Shown here one piece after another: positions 1 to 14,768 of a stretch of DNA of 64,000 bases. The position numbers were made by a program, and so were the translations under genes. The notes beneath the pieces are model-generated. The model did not search any database. It was not told the DNA's origin and worked only from the letters and a program-made list of their open reading frames with translations. This DNA comes from Octopus vulgaris (lineage: Eukaryota), in assembly GCA_951406725.2 (NCBI GenBank), contig OX597825.1, positions 81,344,001-81,408,000 of the forward strand, in the 5' to 3' direction. Each line of letters begins with the position of its first letter. Positions within the stretch are counted from its first letter, which is position 1.

Positions 1-339
1 AATTTTGCTGGACTCTTTTTGTCTCTCAATTGTATCGTATTGTGGCTAGGTTAGAAATCTTACCTGTAAAATCTACGATGTGCGTGTGTGTACACACACA
101 CACACACACATATGTGTATGTATATATATATATATATATATGTCTCTGTGTGCCTGTTAGCATTAGTCTGTGCGCTAGTCTGTGAGTGTAGCCGTTTATT
201 AAAATCACATGAAGGTGCACGCACACGCATACACACATACATACATACATAAATGTATATATATATATATGTATATATATATAGATATATAGATATATAC
301 GTATATATACGTATGTATATGCGAATATATGTATATATT

Positions 340-446
<107 letters not shown>

Positions 447-449
447 ATA

Positions 450-498
<49 letters not shown>

Positions 499-537
499 GT
501 ATATATACGTATGTATATGCGAATATATGTATATATT

Positions 538-589
<52 letters not shown>

Positions 590-739
590 AAATAGTAAAA
601 AGTGAAAAAACTACAGAAGGCTTGTTTTAAAAGGTTAAAAAATATATATTTGAGTCAATATGTCTGAAGAATGTAGTTTTTTCACTTTTTACTATTTTCT
701 ATATATTCAACCACGTGCTTTCACAAACCAACTTTCTCA

Positions 740-777
<38 letters not shown>

Positions 778-780
<3 letters not shown>

Positions 781-960
781 CTTGGGCCAAAAGTCATGCA
801 CAAAGGTTAAACGCTATTTTATACCTGTTGCACATATTATTCTATTTTTTTTCTAAATCTTGATAAAAGAAAATGTCGAATCCAGGCGTAGTTGGAGGCG
901 GTGAGCAAAACGAATGAATACAATGGTCACGTAACGGAAAATATAATATCAGATGTTTTT
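778..960. mobile_element. Tc1/mariner-like DNA transposon end (fragment)
   Basis: TA|CAGCTTGGGCCAAAAGT, a Tc1-type terminus, abuts a (TA)n tract. The opposite end was not found. Confidence 0.35.
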
Positions 961-1090
961 ACTGCGAGACTTTGGGATGAGACGCACACACATGCAGACA
1001 GACAGACAGACAAACACACACATATTCATACATCTTCGTATAAAATCACACACATATTCTCTCTCTTTCTCGCTCGCTCTATACATATAC

Positions 1091-1512
1091 GGCGCAGGAG
1101 TGGCTGTGTGGTAAGTAGCTTGCTTACGAACCACATGGTTCTGGGTTCAATCCCACTGCGTGGCACCTTGGGCAAGTGTCTTCTACTATAGCCTCGGGCC
1201 GACCAAAGCCTTGTGAGTGGGTTTGGTAGACGGAAACTGAAAGAAGCCCGTCGTATATATGTGTATATATATATATATATGCGTGTGTGTGTTTGTGTGA
1301 GTGTGTTTGTCCCCCTAGCATTGCTTGACAACCGATGCTGGTTTGTTTATGTCCCCGTTACTTAGCGGTTCGGCAAGAGAGACCGATAGAATAAGTACTG
1401 GGCTTGCAAAAGAATAAGTCCCGGGGTCGAGTTGCTCGATTAAAGGCGGTGCTCCAGCATGGCCACAGTCAAATGACTGAAACAAGTAAAAGAGTAAAAG
1501 AGAGAGTAAAGA
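1091..1512 (+). mobile_element. tRNA-derived SINE family A (CORE-like), full length
   Basis: A-box TGGCTGTGTGG, B-box GGTTCAATCC, CORE-like CCTTGGGCAAGTG, an internal (TA)/(TG) tract and an A-rich tail. More than 10 related copies occur in the window. Confidence 0.9.
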
Positions 1513-2350
1513 GTATATATTGTGTGCGTGTCAGTGTGTGTGTCTGTGAGAGAGAGTGTTTGTGTGTTTGTATGTTTGTGAGTGTGAAAGAGAGACAGTG
1601 TGTGTGTTTGTGTGCATGTGTGTTTGCATGCGTGTGCGTGTTTGTGTGCATTTGTGTGCATGTGCGTGCGTGTGTGTATTTGTCTGTGTGAGTGTGTTTA
1701 TGGTTGTGTTTGTGTGTGTGTATGTGTGTGTGTGTGAGTGTGTGTGTATTTGTCTGCGTGAATGTGTTTATAGGTGTGTTTGTGTGTGTGCGTGTGTGTG
1801 TATGTGAGTGTGTGTGTGCGTGTGTGTGTGTGTTTATAGGTGCGCTTGTGTGTGTGTATCATATAAATCTAATCACTAGTTTGTGACCCAACATTGAGAT
1901 GGTTCAGCAAAGAGGCTCATCTGTGGAGCAACAATTTGTTCCATGGTTCGCGCCTATGAATTATTACACTTACGATTTCAGCAGTTTAAAATCGGGGCTC
2001 AGATGCGTTTGACATTCACCCCCTCGGGGGATTTTTGTGCCTTTGTGTTTAAACTCCGTGAGTTTAAACACGTTAGCTTTTGTTCAAATTTTCATTCTTT
2101 CACAACTCAAAAGTTTCATACCATGAATACTAAAGTATCAATCGTCAGATTGAAATACATAAACAGAATTTATTAACCAAGTTCAACACTTTTCCTTTCT
2201 CTCTTTATACATTGGAACCCACACATACACACAGGAACACACACACACACACATTTACATAATATACATACTTATTTATATATATATATACGGGTGTATG
2301 TCCGTGTATATATATATATATATATACATATATACATATATGTGTGTATG

Positions 2351-2384
<34 letters not shown>

Positions 2385-2467
2385 TGTATGTATGTATGTA
2401 TGTATGTATGTATATATATATATATATACATATATAGATATGCACACACACACAGACACACACAAAG

Positions 2468-2520
<53 letters not shown>

Positions 2521-2855
2521 TCAGCTGAAACTTGCAAACGCTATGATGTCATTCCTCTTATATAATAAACGGCGTGAGAGAAAGGATTCTATTTTACGAT
2601 TGCGTATGGATCTGATGTACCATGACTCTGTGTGTGTGTGTGTGTGTGTGTATATAACATGTATGAGTGTGTGTGCGTGTGTGGACACACATGGGTGCCT
2701 GCGTGATTGTGCGGCTTTGTATGCGAGAATCTTCACGCATTTGGTGTTTCCGTTATTTCGCCTAATTCGCTTGGAAAAGGCATCGAACTTCAAAACAAAC
2801 CTCTCTTCTTCCACGTTACGTAAGGTAAAATTTCTACGCAAACCTTTGTACCGCA

Positions 2856-2930
<75 letters not shown>

Positions 2931-3569
2931 ATATCCTATATATCCATATATATATTTATGTATCACTGTATAGGGGTCTAAGTGACCTCACCTATCATGC
3001 AACATCCATTGAAAATTGCAACACCAAACCACGCCAATTGAACACACATGAGCTAATCGATCGTAATCTTAAGGGATTCATGCTGTCCGTTATATCATGG
3101 TTATAAATATTAATACTTCCCCATTTCTTCATTGAGAGCTCTGACCCCTAGTGAATTCGTTTTTACGGGAGAACTCCTGCAAGACAATGAAAAGCAGGTC
3201 TTCTTGTCAAGACAATGCGTGGATTTATTAATTCTTCTACTTTGAGTAAATTTACTCCGTTCTTTGATCCTTTGATCTTTCGACGCTCTTTAAGGAAGAA
3301 TATTTATCCAAGCATTCGGCAATCAGTTGAACCGTTTGTTCATTCTGGTCAGTTAGCGGAAATGGTTGCTCGCTGGGTTAAAATGACAATGCTCCACTTG
3401 GATCGGTCCCGCTGCTGCTGCTGCTGCGGCCACTGCTGCTGCTGCTGCCGTTGTTGCTGGCATCGCTAATGTTTCTGCAAGAACTACTGAAGATCATTGG
3501 GTTTTGTTTCCCAATGTGTGTCCGCGTGTGTATCATATTATCCGTGTATGCATGTGTTGTGGTTTGTTG

Positions 3570-3803
3570 TTGATTGTTGCTGTTTAACCCATGGTCGGTT
3601 CCAATCGAGAGCGGCTATAATCAAAGTTAATCCACCCGTGACTATCCAGCGTTTTTAGAACGTATGTATAAAACTACATTTTGAAATTTATCACGTTTTT
3701 GTATTTGGTTTGCCTTGGACTCGGGTGCTAAAGCATATTTTGCTGTATTTCGGGAGGGTCGTTATGTCAACGATAAACACACGCACTGATTCAATTTCAC
3801 TTC

Positions 3804-3836
<33 letters not shown>

Positions 3837-4700
3837 GTTATTATTATTATTATTGTTGTTGTTGTTGTTGTTGTTGTTATTATTGTTATTATCTATTTAA
3901 CCAATTATGTAATTGATTGTTTGGTTAATTATTCCCTCAGTCAATCAGCCACGGTTGTAATTCCGTCGTTTCTTGCGACCTTATCAATAACATACTCTCA
4001 ACACTAAATCCTCTTCATGTCTGTCTGTACTTTATAAACCTTTTCTTTTTTTTTTATTTAAGGCTTTAGGATACGATTTGAGGGAAATCAGGCTACCATC
4101 TTTTGGCGTAGATCATTCGAAGTAGTTTCTTTCTTTGTTTCTGTTATGATCATGGTCGGCCCTGATCCAACAGACCTATGAACAAAGTGATTCCAATCGT
4201 GACCACCTCGCCTTTTCAGTAAAATTTCCGTTGCTATCTTTTCCAAAGTATCCTTCACTTAATACTGTAGGGTATTTTGGCCCTTATTTCAAGCTGATAA
4301 ACCAACAACATTGAGGTATCTCTTGTTGTTGTTTTACTCCAAGTCGTTTCTGATCGTGAACACCTATGAAGAAAGGTGTTCCGACCGTGACCACCCAGAA
4401 TTTCGAGGATATCTGTTGGATTAGTTAACCATTGTATCATTTTCTTAAGATGACAGGATGCGATTTGAGGAAGACTTGACTGTCATTTCCAGCATGTCCA
4501 GCGGCAACATAAAAGCTTAATGTGTTGCTGTTGTTGTTTATCTGTGGGCCAACTCTTAACAAACAGATCAATGATCAAATTTATTCCAACTGTGACCATC
4601 CTGCCTGGTCCAGCATTATAGCGATTATGCCAATCCACCGCTCTAAATACTCCCTTAATAACCCCTGCAATTTGGGGTTTAAAAGGTTGCACGTTTATAC
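3570..4700 (-). repeat. Cluster of 3-4 degenerate copies of an old interspersed retroelement-tail repeat
   Basis: Recurrent motifs (ctatga.caaag...ttcca.cgtgacca, gatgcgatttgagg). The opposite-orientation copy is at about 20300-20480, with fragments near 17915-17985 and 19605-19720. Confidence 0.55.
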
Positions 4701-4729
4701 AGGCCTCAGTACTCGACTAGTATTGTATG

Positions 4730-5286
4730 CTAGCTGGCCCCGTGCCGTAAAAAATGGCGGCTAATTGTAGTATTTTATATATAAAGACAAAAGTTGGAAT
4801 ATGGATGGTAAATCAAATTAATACACTTGTCAATGTTATCTGGTGGTTGTATTTTGAGATGTGACATCGATCGTCGTTTGTTACTGAAAGAAAGCTGGTT
4901 CACACATATAACATTCACATACTTCCCTTGTACACGCATACGCATACACTCACACTCACACGCATATACTCACACAGAGTTGAAACGCTGTTTGATTTTT
5001 CTTTTCAGCATTGAATGTTCACCATCCCACTGCCATTGTCCCCCCCACACACACACTCACAAACACACACATGCACACACACAGATTCACATACCTCCCA
5101 TTTACATACACACACATATACCCACACAGAGTTGAAACGCTGTTTGCTTTTTCTTTCACCATAGAACTCCCATCATCTCATTACCAAGTTTGCCATCACC
5201 CCTTCCTTCGTTATTCATCTATCACCCCTTCCTTTCTCATTTATATGTTGTGACGGAGAAATACACAAGAGTATTATTGTAGTAGA
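4730..5286 (-). mobile_element. Putative non-autonomous Helitron
   Basis: On the minus strand it starts A|TCTACTACAATAAT and ends CTAG, with a short GC hairpin (gccgt-aaaa-atggc) about 10 nt from the end. The 3' flank is C rather than the usual T. Internal direct repeat cacacagagttgaaacgctgtttg. Confidence 0.5.
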
Positions 5287-5760
5287 TTATTGACCCCTGA
5301 AAAGATGAAAGGAAAAGCTGACCTCGGCCAGATTGGAAACAATTTTTAAGGATTTATTCTTTAAGTCTTTCAAGAATGATCGGCAGATGTTTTAGTAAAA
5401 GGTCGCTTGAGTTTTATACACTAATCTCATTTTAGACATTAATCTTATTTCAAGACATTAATCTTGTTTTAGGCATTAATCTTGTTGTTACTGTTGACTC
5501 ACAGGTGAAACTCAATCGGGTAGATTTAAAAGTCAACGACATTCCCAATGAAATCTTCCAGTCTGTTTAGAAGTGTTTAGGGTGGGGAAGGGGTATTTAA
5601 TGTTACATCATTTACCAACTAAAAGACACTACAGGTCAAAGGTGAAACACTGACCAGGGCATGGATGGGTGAACAGCAGGGACTTCTCCGAGATATGATC
5701 AATTGTATTTTTAATTAATCTAGTTGAATCTATCTATGTATCTATCTGTCTGTCTGCGTA

Positions 5761-5809
<49 letters not shown>

Positions 5810-5863
5810 GAGTGTGTGTGTGTATATATATGTATGTATATATATACATACATATATACATAC

Positions 5864-5924
<61 letters not shown>

Positions 5925-5940
5925 CATTTCAAAATCTAAC

Positions 5941-6150
5941 CAAATGTGAATCGTTGGCGATTTTTTCCTCCATCTTCCTTTTCTTTTGGACTTGCCTCTC
6001 TCTCCTGTTTCTGAAGAAGTGTTTTGCTCGAAACGTAAAACAGTCACTTTTTCTTTTTCCTTCTCTGAGAGACTTTCTAATACTCTGCATGTAACACGTG
6101 CTCGCGTTGTTGTTTTTTTCTTGTGTTTTTATCTTCAGTTAATAATTTTA
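5941..6150 (+). mobile_element. Penelope-like element terminal-repeat fragment carrying a hammerhead motif
   Basis: Aligns with the inverted copy at 62176-62352 and a fragment at 45491-45574. Contains CTGAAGA..GAAACGTA. Confidence 0.6.
6005..6043 (+). ncRNA. Minimal type I hammerhead ribozyme motif
   Basis: Stem I CUGUUU/AAACAG (6 bp, perfect), core CUGAAGA+A, stem II GUGU-uuu-GCUC (one U-U mismatch), GAAA, palindromic ACGU stem III and a GUA cleavage triplet at 6035-6037. Confidence 0.6.
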
Positions 6151-6258
6151 AAATTAATATATATATATATATATATATATTAATGTGTGTGCGTGTGTTT
6201 GTATACATACATATATGTATATATATACATACATATATATATATATATATATATTTAA

Positions 6259-6301
<43 letters not shown>

Positions 6302-7199
6302 ATACTTGCCATTATTCAGTAAGTTATGGCCAAATCGGCGCACCTCTTGAATTTAGTGGGCTAAGGCCATACTCTCATCACCTGTGTGATAATCTACTCG
6401 ATGATGATGATGATGATGGTGGTGGTGCTGGTGGTGCTGGTGCTACTCTTGCTGTCGATAGCATGGTAATTTTGATTCTGGTGGTGAAGATGAGGACGAC
6501 GATGACAACGACGACGACAATGATGATAAACAACAGCGCTTATTGTACTTCGGTCACTGGGCCTGTGAGTTCAACTCCAACCAAAACCACTTTTCTTTGC
6601 TTTGAAAACAATACTGAAGCTATATAACATAAATGAAGCTTTCACCAATGAAATCGTACCATAGCAACATGATATTAACAGATACACTATGACATCGATA
6701 TCATTCCAATCATAAGATTGATCATAATCGTTATTCCGTACAATATTAACCTTAACCATTTCCATTCATTTTAATCGTGGACAATTTTATGCAGGTCTTT
6801 CTAGAATGGATCCAATCGTTGACGTAAAGATCGATATAAAAAAAATGACAACTTACAAGATGGAAAAGGCGGTTGACGAGTGTATGACATTGATTTTTTT
6901 CAAAGATGTTATTTCGTAACAGTATCTTCAGTACAACCCATGTGGACTTTATACCATCTCATCAGACGAACGATACAGGAAACAACAAAACAACAAAACA
7001 AAACAAAAAACAAGATACAATCCTAATTCTTAGTTCTCGGTACAGTTTTAATAACTTGAGAATTTGCAAACTAAGCGCGGACTTTCCATGAGTGACTGTC
7101 ATACATATGACTCGTCGTCTTGGAGTAGTGAGTACCTCGTTTAAATGGTGAGTACCACTGTACTACGAACAAGCACATCCTAAGACTCTCTCTGGCTCC

Positions 7200-7251
<52 letters not shown>

Positions 7252-7346
7252 GTATACACACACACTCACAAACATATATATATGCTCATATATATATATA
7301 TACATACGTATGTTTATATATATATATAAACATACATATATACACC

Positions 7347-7382
<36 letters not shown>

Positions 7383-7388
7383 CATATA

Positions 7389-7424
<36 letters not shown>

Positions 7425-7499
7425 TATATATGTATGTATGTATACATGCATGGATGCATGTATATGTTTACCCGCGTGGACATGTATATGTATGTGTAT

Positions 7500-7712
7500 C
7501 TTCTACACAGGTACAAGACCTGGAATTTTGTGGGGAGGGAGTTAGTCGTTTATATCAGCCCAAGTGTATAGCTGGTACTTATTTTTCTCGACCCCGAAAT
7601 GATAAAAGACAAAGTCGACCTTGTTGGCATTTGGAATTCGAATATAAATCCGGAAGAAATGCTGTTAAGCATTTTCTCCGGTGCCTTAACGATTCTACCA
7701 GCTCGCTGCCTT
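7500..7712 (-). mobile_element. tRNA-derived SINE family B (Meta/MESC-like central domain)
   Basis: The reverse strand reads aaggcagcgagctggtagaatcgtt...ggtcgactttgtcttttatcatttcggggtcgag. There are many copies in the window. The domain name is from memory. Confidence 0.8.
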
Positions 7713-8456
7713 AGAAACGACTACAGGTGAAATATGAATCTATATTGTATAACTTCAGCCAGGGATTGAAACAGGATCGCGCTTTTTCGGTTCGTCTAGG
7801 GTTGGTCTGTCTAACTTCGCATGACTTATGAATGAATAAATATATCAATGAATAACAGAATGAATGACTGTGTTGTGTTTAATCATTCGTGTAGATTGGA
7901 GGAAATCCTCAGTAATGTGTGAACATTAATTCAAATTTATTCATAGCAACGGTGCGCGTTCATTTAAGGAGCAGCAACATATTACTCGAGATGAGACGCT
8001 ACACTTTGCCCTTTGTCAATCTGTCATTTTCTCCTATTCAAGGGTCACATACACACATATATATATATATATACATACAAATACATGCATGTGTGTGAGT
8101 TTGTATTTTTATATTATATATATATTCATATGTTTTTTACGTATGTTGTTTGTAGTTACCTCTCTTTTTCTCTCGCTCTCACTCTCACGATTTCTTTCTT
8201 TTTCTCTCTCTCTTCCAGTTTTGCCTCTATGAGTCTTATATATATATATATATATATACACCAACACACACATATATATATATATATGTATGTATATATA
8301 TGTATATATACGTTTATATATTTGTTTTGCAAGATTTTTGATGTGAAATCGTGTGTTGAAATGACCATTCCTAAATACAACAATATGTATATATATATAT
8401 CTGTACATATATACATACATACATACATACATACATACATACATACATACATACAT

Positions 8457-8502
<46 letters not shown>

Positions 8503-8513
8503 TATATCTGTAC

Positions 8514-8548
<35 letters not shown>

Positions 8549-8553
8549 TGCAT

Positions 8554-8591
<38 letters not shown>

Positions 8592-9328
8592 GACTGTGTA
8601 TGTGTATACATACAAGGGAGAGAGAGAGGCATATAGAAAAACAACTTTATAGAGAGACACAGATGCACAGAGAGAGGAAGAAGAAGAAAAGAGAGAATGA
8701 AAGACATAAATGCATAGACAGGCTGAAGGATGAGGAGAGAGAGAGATAGGGAGAGAGTGAAAGAGAGAGAGAGAGAGAGAGAGACACAGAGAGAGAGACG
8801 GATGCCAGAAAGAGACGATAAAAAGGAGTCTTCAATAGAGAGCAGCCATAGAATGTTCTATTCTTACATTCTATGTTAAACTGTTATTCTAAAAAATAAG
8901 CCAAAATATTTTATATGAAGGAAACCTGTAACTATTAATTACTTAATAACTATCTTAAGATAATTAACTATCTTAACTTCGTTTTATTGGTGAAGCGACT
9001 CACAATACGATAATTAAAACATTGATTTATAAAATACATCAACTTGAATGTAATTATGTATTAAGGTATTGGACTAAAGGTTAAGATTAATGCTCGTATC
9101 AGACGAGAGTCTTTAATCCTCTTTAATTAGTCAGGCTTGTTTAATCAAGTGATGTGAATTGTTGAAGGCTTCGTTATGAATAGTGAATTTAATCGCAGTA
9201 ATTAACCAAGTAAACTTTTTTAATTACAAAACTTTTATATCTATTGCAATATTCAATTAAACTATGAGATTTGACATCATTTAACCCTTTCAACTGCAAA
9301 AAATCGTTCTCCACACACACACACACAC

Positions 9329-9387
<59 letters not shown>

Positions 9388-9539
9388 CATACACACACCA
9401 GAGGGAGGTTAAAAAGCGAAAGAAAACCGCGGTCAACAGGTTTAGTTGCGGCTGTACTTAATTAATTGCTTCACTTCGGCATTACTTAAAGTTTCGTGGG
9501 CACAAAACACTTTAACGAATCAGAGTGACTTGTCATGAA

Positions 9540-9577
<38 letters not shown>

Positions 9578-9631
9578 TACACACGAACACACACACACGC
9601 ATGCACACACGCACACACACACGCAAACACA

Positions 9632-9681
<50 letters not shown>

Positions 9682-10280
9682 GAGGCGCGTTCGATGCATT
9701 TTAATCCTTAAATTGTACGATAAATAATCTGTCCAGTTATATTCAAGTTTTTATCATTTTGTTATTGTATAATTTATGAATCCTAAGATTGAATTTAACA
9801 CAGAATACGAGAGATTGCAGTTAAGATTCATAGTTACGCCATCTTATTAACACAATGTTATCATTATTACAAATTTAAATTATATAATCATGGCTTATCG
9901 TCAGGTCATCAGAACTGTGTAACTTTTACATGTAGTATTAATGGATTAAAAGGATGTTGACAGAATTAACCATCGCTTGCTATCTCTACGATGATAAATT
10001 CTGGCATGAGCTTTTTATATCCAATAATGGAACGTATAAAATTTTCACATCTCTGGCGATTTCACAAAAAGCTTTGATTATGCAACTAATAAAAACCATC
10101 CCAAATTGCAAAGATAATCTGGAACTCGACTGACGAAAGAAAACTCCGAATGACCTGTCCTTGTTTTTTCTTGTCCCTTTTTGTATCATCTAACTGTCTG
10201 GATGTTTTGTTGCTTGTTGCGTTCTTGTCCCTCTTTTGTATTCCTATATATATATATATATTGATAGAAATATATATTTC

Positions 10281-10357
<77 letters not shown>

Positions 10358-10386
10358 ATATATATATTGATAGAAATATATATTTC

Positions 10387-10447
<61 letters not shown>

Positions 10448-10464
10448 ATATATATATATATATA

Positions 10465-10876
10465 TCTATATAAACGGCAGTTTGTCTGTCTGTGTGTCTG
10501 TGTGTCTGTCAGGTTGTACCCTCACTCTGACCACGGCTTTCAACCGATTCTGATGAAACTTGACACACACATAGCCCAATGTCATAATTCAAAACCAACG
10601 CAGCGAAAATTTTGAAAAGTTCTCCCAGTTCTGAAAAAAATCGAGAAATTCGACATGGGGTCGAGAATCTAAGCTTTTTATATGCAACACATTTTCTGTC
10701 TAGGGGACACAACTCGACAGCTAGGAACATCGTATACACAGAAGTATTCGAGTGAAGAGAAGACATTGCAACCTACACATGCGCCTTCGTTCCCTAGAGG
10801 GAAAGGACTAGATGGGGATTAGTCGTTGCCTACTAGGGGCTCTTACATACCCGGGAAAGGCCGGGCTATGCTGCTA

Positions 10877-10877
<1 letters not shown>
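10465..10877 (+). mobile_element. Non-autonomous Helitron (5' type 1)
   Basis: A|TCTATATAAACGGCAG ... hairpin CCCGGGAAAGGCCGGG ... GCTGCTAG|T, with no TSD, inserted in (TA)n. The 5' part matches 44498-44656. Confidence 0.8.
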
Positions 10878-10916
<39 letters not shown>

Positions 10917-11057
10917 ATAGATATGTATCAATATATATACATTGATAGAAATGGTAAGACAACAAAAGAATAAAAGAGACCTCGATATTACGTAAATAAA
11001 GGAATTTATCTGTAAATATAATATGTGACAATTATTCGGAGTTTTAATTGTCACATA

Positions 11058-11150
<93 letters not shown>

Positions 11151-11174
11151 TTGTATGTATGTATGCATACATAA

Positions 11175-11260
<86 letters not shown>

Positions 11261-12886
11261 GAATGGATGGATGGATGGATGGATGGATGGATGGATGGAT
11301 GGATAGATAGATGCGTGCATGCATTTTATTCTGCACGGCAAGCTTTTCTCAATATCAGTAAATACACTATTCACTATATACTATATAGTAGAAGGGACAG
11401 ATTTCGTGTAGTTATATGAAAAGCGAGTAGATACCTTGACATGGCATTAGGAGGTCGGAAGGCGTCTGGCATTCTTGTTGATCACTGCTGGGATGTTTTT
11501 TGTTTTGCACCCTTATACTCTGTGTTTTTAAAATAGTATATCTATGAAGAGATACTTCTCTCAGACAAAAACGACAGCATCGTATCTTTCAACGGTATAT
11601 ATACGTTAAGTTTGATACGTAGACGGCTCTCCCGCTCTCGCTCTCTCTCTCTCTGTATGTAAGTGTATATATATATATATGTCTAATTATTAGATTTAGC
11701 GTATGCATATACAGAGAGTGAGAGAGAGAGGGGGGCTTGCTTTATGTTGCTTTGGTGAGATGGATGATAAACATTGATGGCGTAAATTTCTCTGGCGTTT
11801 TTCTTCCTTTCATTTTGTTTACGTAGTAAAAGTATACATTCGTTGGCCCCGTTGTATTTAAATCATTTTTTTTTCTTTTTTATCTCTCTTTGGTTGTATT
11901 CGTCTTGTCTGCAACGGAGAAGTTAGCAAACGTTTGAGTAAATAGCAACCTCATAGTAACACCATCTGACTGTTGACGCGTTTGTTTTGTTTATATTTTT
12001 GTTTTGCTGATACGAGTATGAAACATCACATGTGAAAAGCATAATAGTAATATATTTTGCGAGTGTGTGTTGAATAGAAATGCATAACAAGATAAATGCC
12101 ATTAGAAGAAAATGAAAACGAAAATAAAAACAAGAACGAAAGCAAAAAGGATGTACACTGTGAATGTAGTAAATGGACGATGGAAAAGGGGTGTGTATGT
12201 GTTTGATGTTTCAAGCTCACACACAGACACACATACACATACACGTAAGGACATACACAAACTCACACACATATATGCATACAAGCATAACAACACACAC
12301 ACACATATGATTCTCCCTCTTGTCCATTAAGTAGAAAAGGCGTCGCTGAGGAGGTCTAATACTACAGAAACGTGTACGTTACTTTCACCTGTTACCTTGA
12401 TAAACATGACTCTTACACATTTGTATGGGGATTTTGTTTAGCCAATGATACAGAAGTTATCTCCCCCTTTTCATTACATTTATATTTTCAACATCCTTAT
12501 AAAGAGAAATTTTGTCTAGTATTTGCATAATCTCATTTCATTGAAGTTTTTCCCCCCACCCCATTCTATACGTGATAATCTACCCTATGTGTATTTAGTA
12601 TTTCAAACGCCACCTCTGAGGTATATATTTTTTATTCAGACAAATCGTCGGTAAATACTAGGTTGATGTAAATATCTTTCAGTCGCTTAGAAATACGTTT
12701 GTGAAGTTCAGTGTGTTAACAAAGAAGATATTCAGCGACAGAATCAATACGAAAATATCAGAGATGTTTATATATTTGGTCAGGGGATGAAATAGTCTAT
12801 CTCAGTAGGAATATGGGAGAGGAGTGCTGATTTGAGACGTGCTTACATACATACATACACAATAGTATAAATAATATATATATGCA

Positions 12887-12917
<31 letters not shown>

Positions 12918-13286
12918 GTTCACACACACATGCATATATGGGTACAGGACGTCACCAACAGTAAACAACATGACATACGAAAACCAAGGTGTTCAATACG
13001 CAAAGAGTGAAAACAAATGGAAAACAGGACAAGTAACACAAAGAACGACCCTTCATTAGTTGTCAGCTGTCTATCTACTCCTCATTTCGAGCATACATGC
13101 ATACACACATTCACACATACATACGTATGTATATGTAGATATGTATATGTGTGTGTGTGTATACATATACACATAAATCTATACATAAGCATATATACGT
13201 ATACACACACATATTCATACGTGAACATTCTTGAATCAAAGAATACAGCAATGCAATACATGTGTGTGTGTGTGTATGTTGTGTGT

Positions 13287-13349
<63 letters not shown>

Positions 13350-13516
13350 GAGGTTATGAGCTAAAGTGAAATGTATAGAAAGTTAGTTGGATTGATAGAT
13401 AGATAGACAAATAGATAGATAGACAGATCGATAGATAGATAGATATATAGAGATTGATAAATAAATAGATAGGTAGAGACATTGGTATGATACATGTATA
13501 TGTGTGTGCATGTGTG

Positions 13517-13547
<31 letters not shown>

Positions 13548-13984
13548 CTGTGTTTGTGTGTGTATGTAGATATATACAATACAATATACATACATACGTA
13601 TATTGTATGTTCATAATGGATGTATTCTTCTTCAAACAATTGTTAGGAGTTGATTGAACACAATCACTCTTATTGGCGACATTAACAAGTTTTAATTAAC
13701 CCAATTTTCTGAGTAGACTCCATATTGTTCTTTCTTAATTACTTTAATTATTTATTTTATGTTCATTTAGTGTCTCTATTCATTTATTTTTCTTTCTTGT
13801 CCATCCATTGTGTTCATATAAACACAGACACATCAATGGCCTTCCTCTTCTTGTAATTATACTCTTATAATTGTTACGGAAAAGCTCTTCATTCGCCTGT
13901 TTGAAACTTGCCGTTCTGTTCCAGACTTTTCGCGTTATCCTCATGAGCAGCTTCTTGGAATTGGAATTGGATTTCAGACATCTT

Positions 13985-14160
13985 TTACCGTTTTCCTTGT
14001 TTCACTCGTGAGACTGCAGCCATACTGGAGCACCGCCTTCAAGAATTTTTCAGTCGATTGAATCGATCCTAGTAATTATATTGGTACCTTTTTACCGAAC
14101 CGCTCGGTTGCGAGGTCGCAAACAGACCAACACCGGAAATCAAGCGGTAGTGGGAACAAG
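13985..14160 (-). mobile_element. SINE family A, 3' half
   Basis: Reverse match to the aaggcggtgctccagcatggc..cagtc tail. Confidence 0.75.
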
Positions 14161-14170
14161 CGCCCTCGTA

Positions 14171-14220
<50 letters not shown>

Positions 14221-14732
14221 CATGAGCAATAATTACAACTATATGAAATATAGAGACTTGTTAATCCTCAAATTTTATTTCCTTTTATTTCACAATTTCA
14301 TACGACCTACACGTGTTTCCGCTACATAGAGTATAAACAGCTGCACTTGCAACCGGGCATAATTTTATTCGCAGCTTCGACCTGGGAATGTCCACCAGCA
14401 AATTTCAAAGCAAACTGAATACAGTTAGTTTTTTTGTTGGCTAGGTTACTGTGGGAAAATAGGGGAAGGTTGTTTTGAATCCGAAATCTGATCTGTTTCT
14501 AAGATTGTGCGGTTGAACTCGGTTTCACATCAGTTACTGGCCGAAGTCAGGATCCTATCTAAAGAAGGTCGAGGTTAATGTTACTGTTTTGGCAGTAACA
14601 TTAACCTCGAGCCAGTCCTTACTGATGAGGCAAGGGAAATTGCCGAAACTGACCGATGAGTATGAGGAATTCTCTATCTGTGTTTTCGGCTTTTCTAGTC
14701 CCTGGCAGTATATATGTATACAGTTATATATA

Positions 14733-14768
<36 letters not shown>

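Noticed and set aside
3570-4700. Repeat-spacer-like arrangement resembling a CRISPR array
   Set aside because: Eukaryotic context with long, degenerate, irregularly spaced units and no cas genes. It is a cluster of old interspersed repeats.
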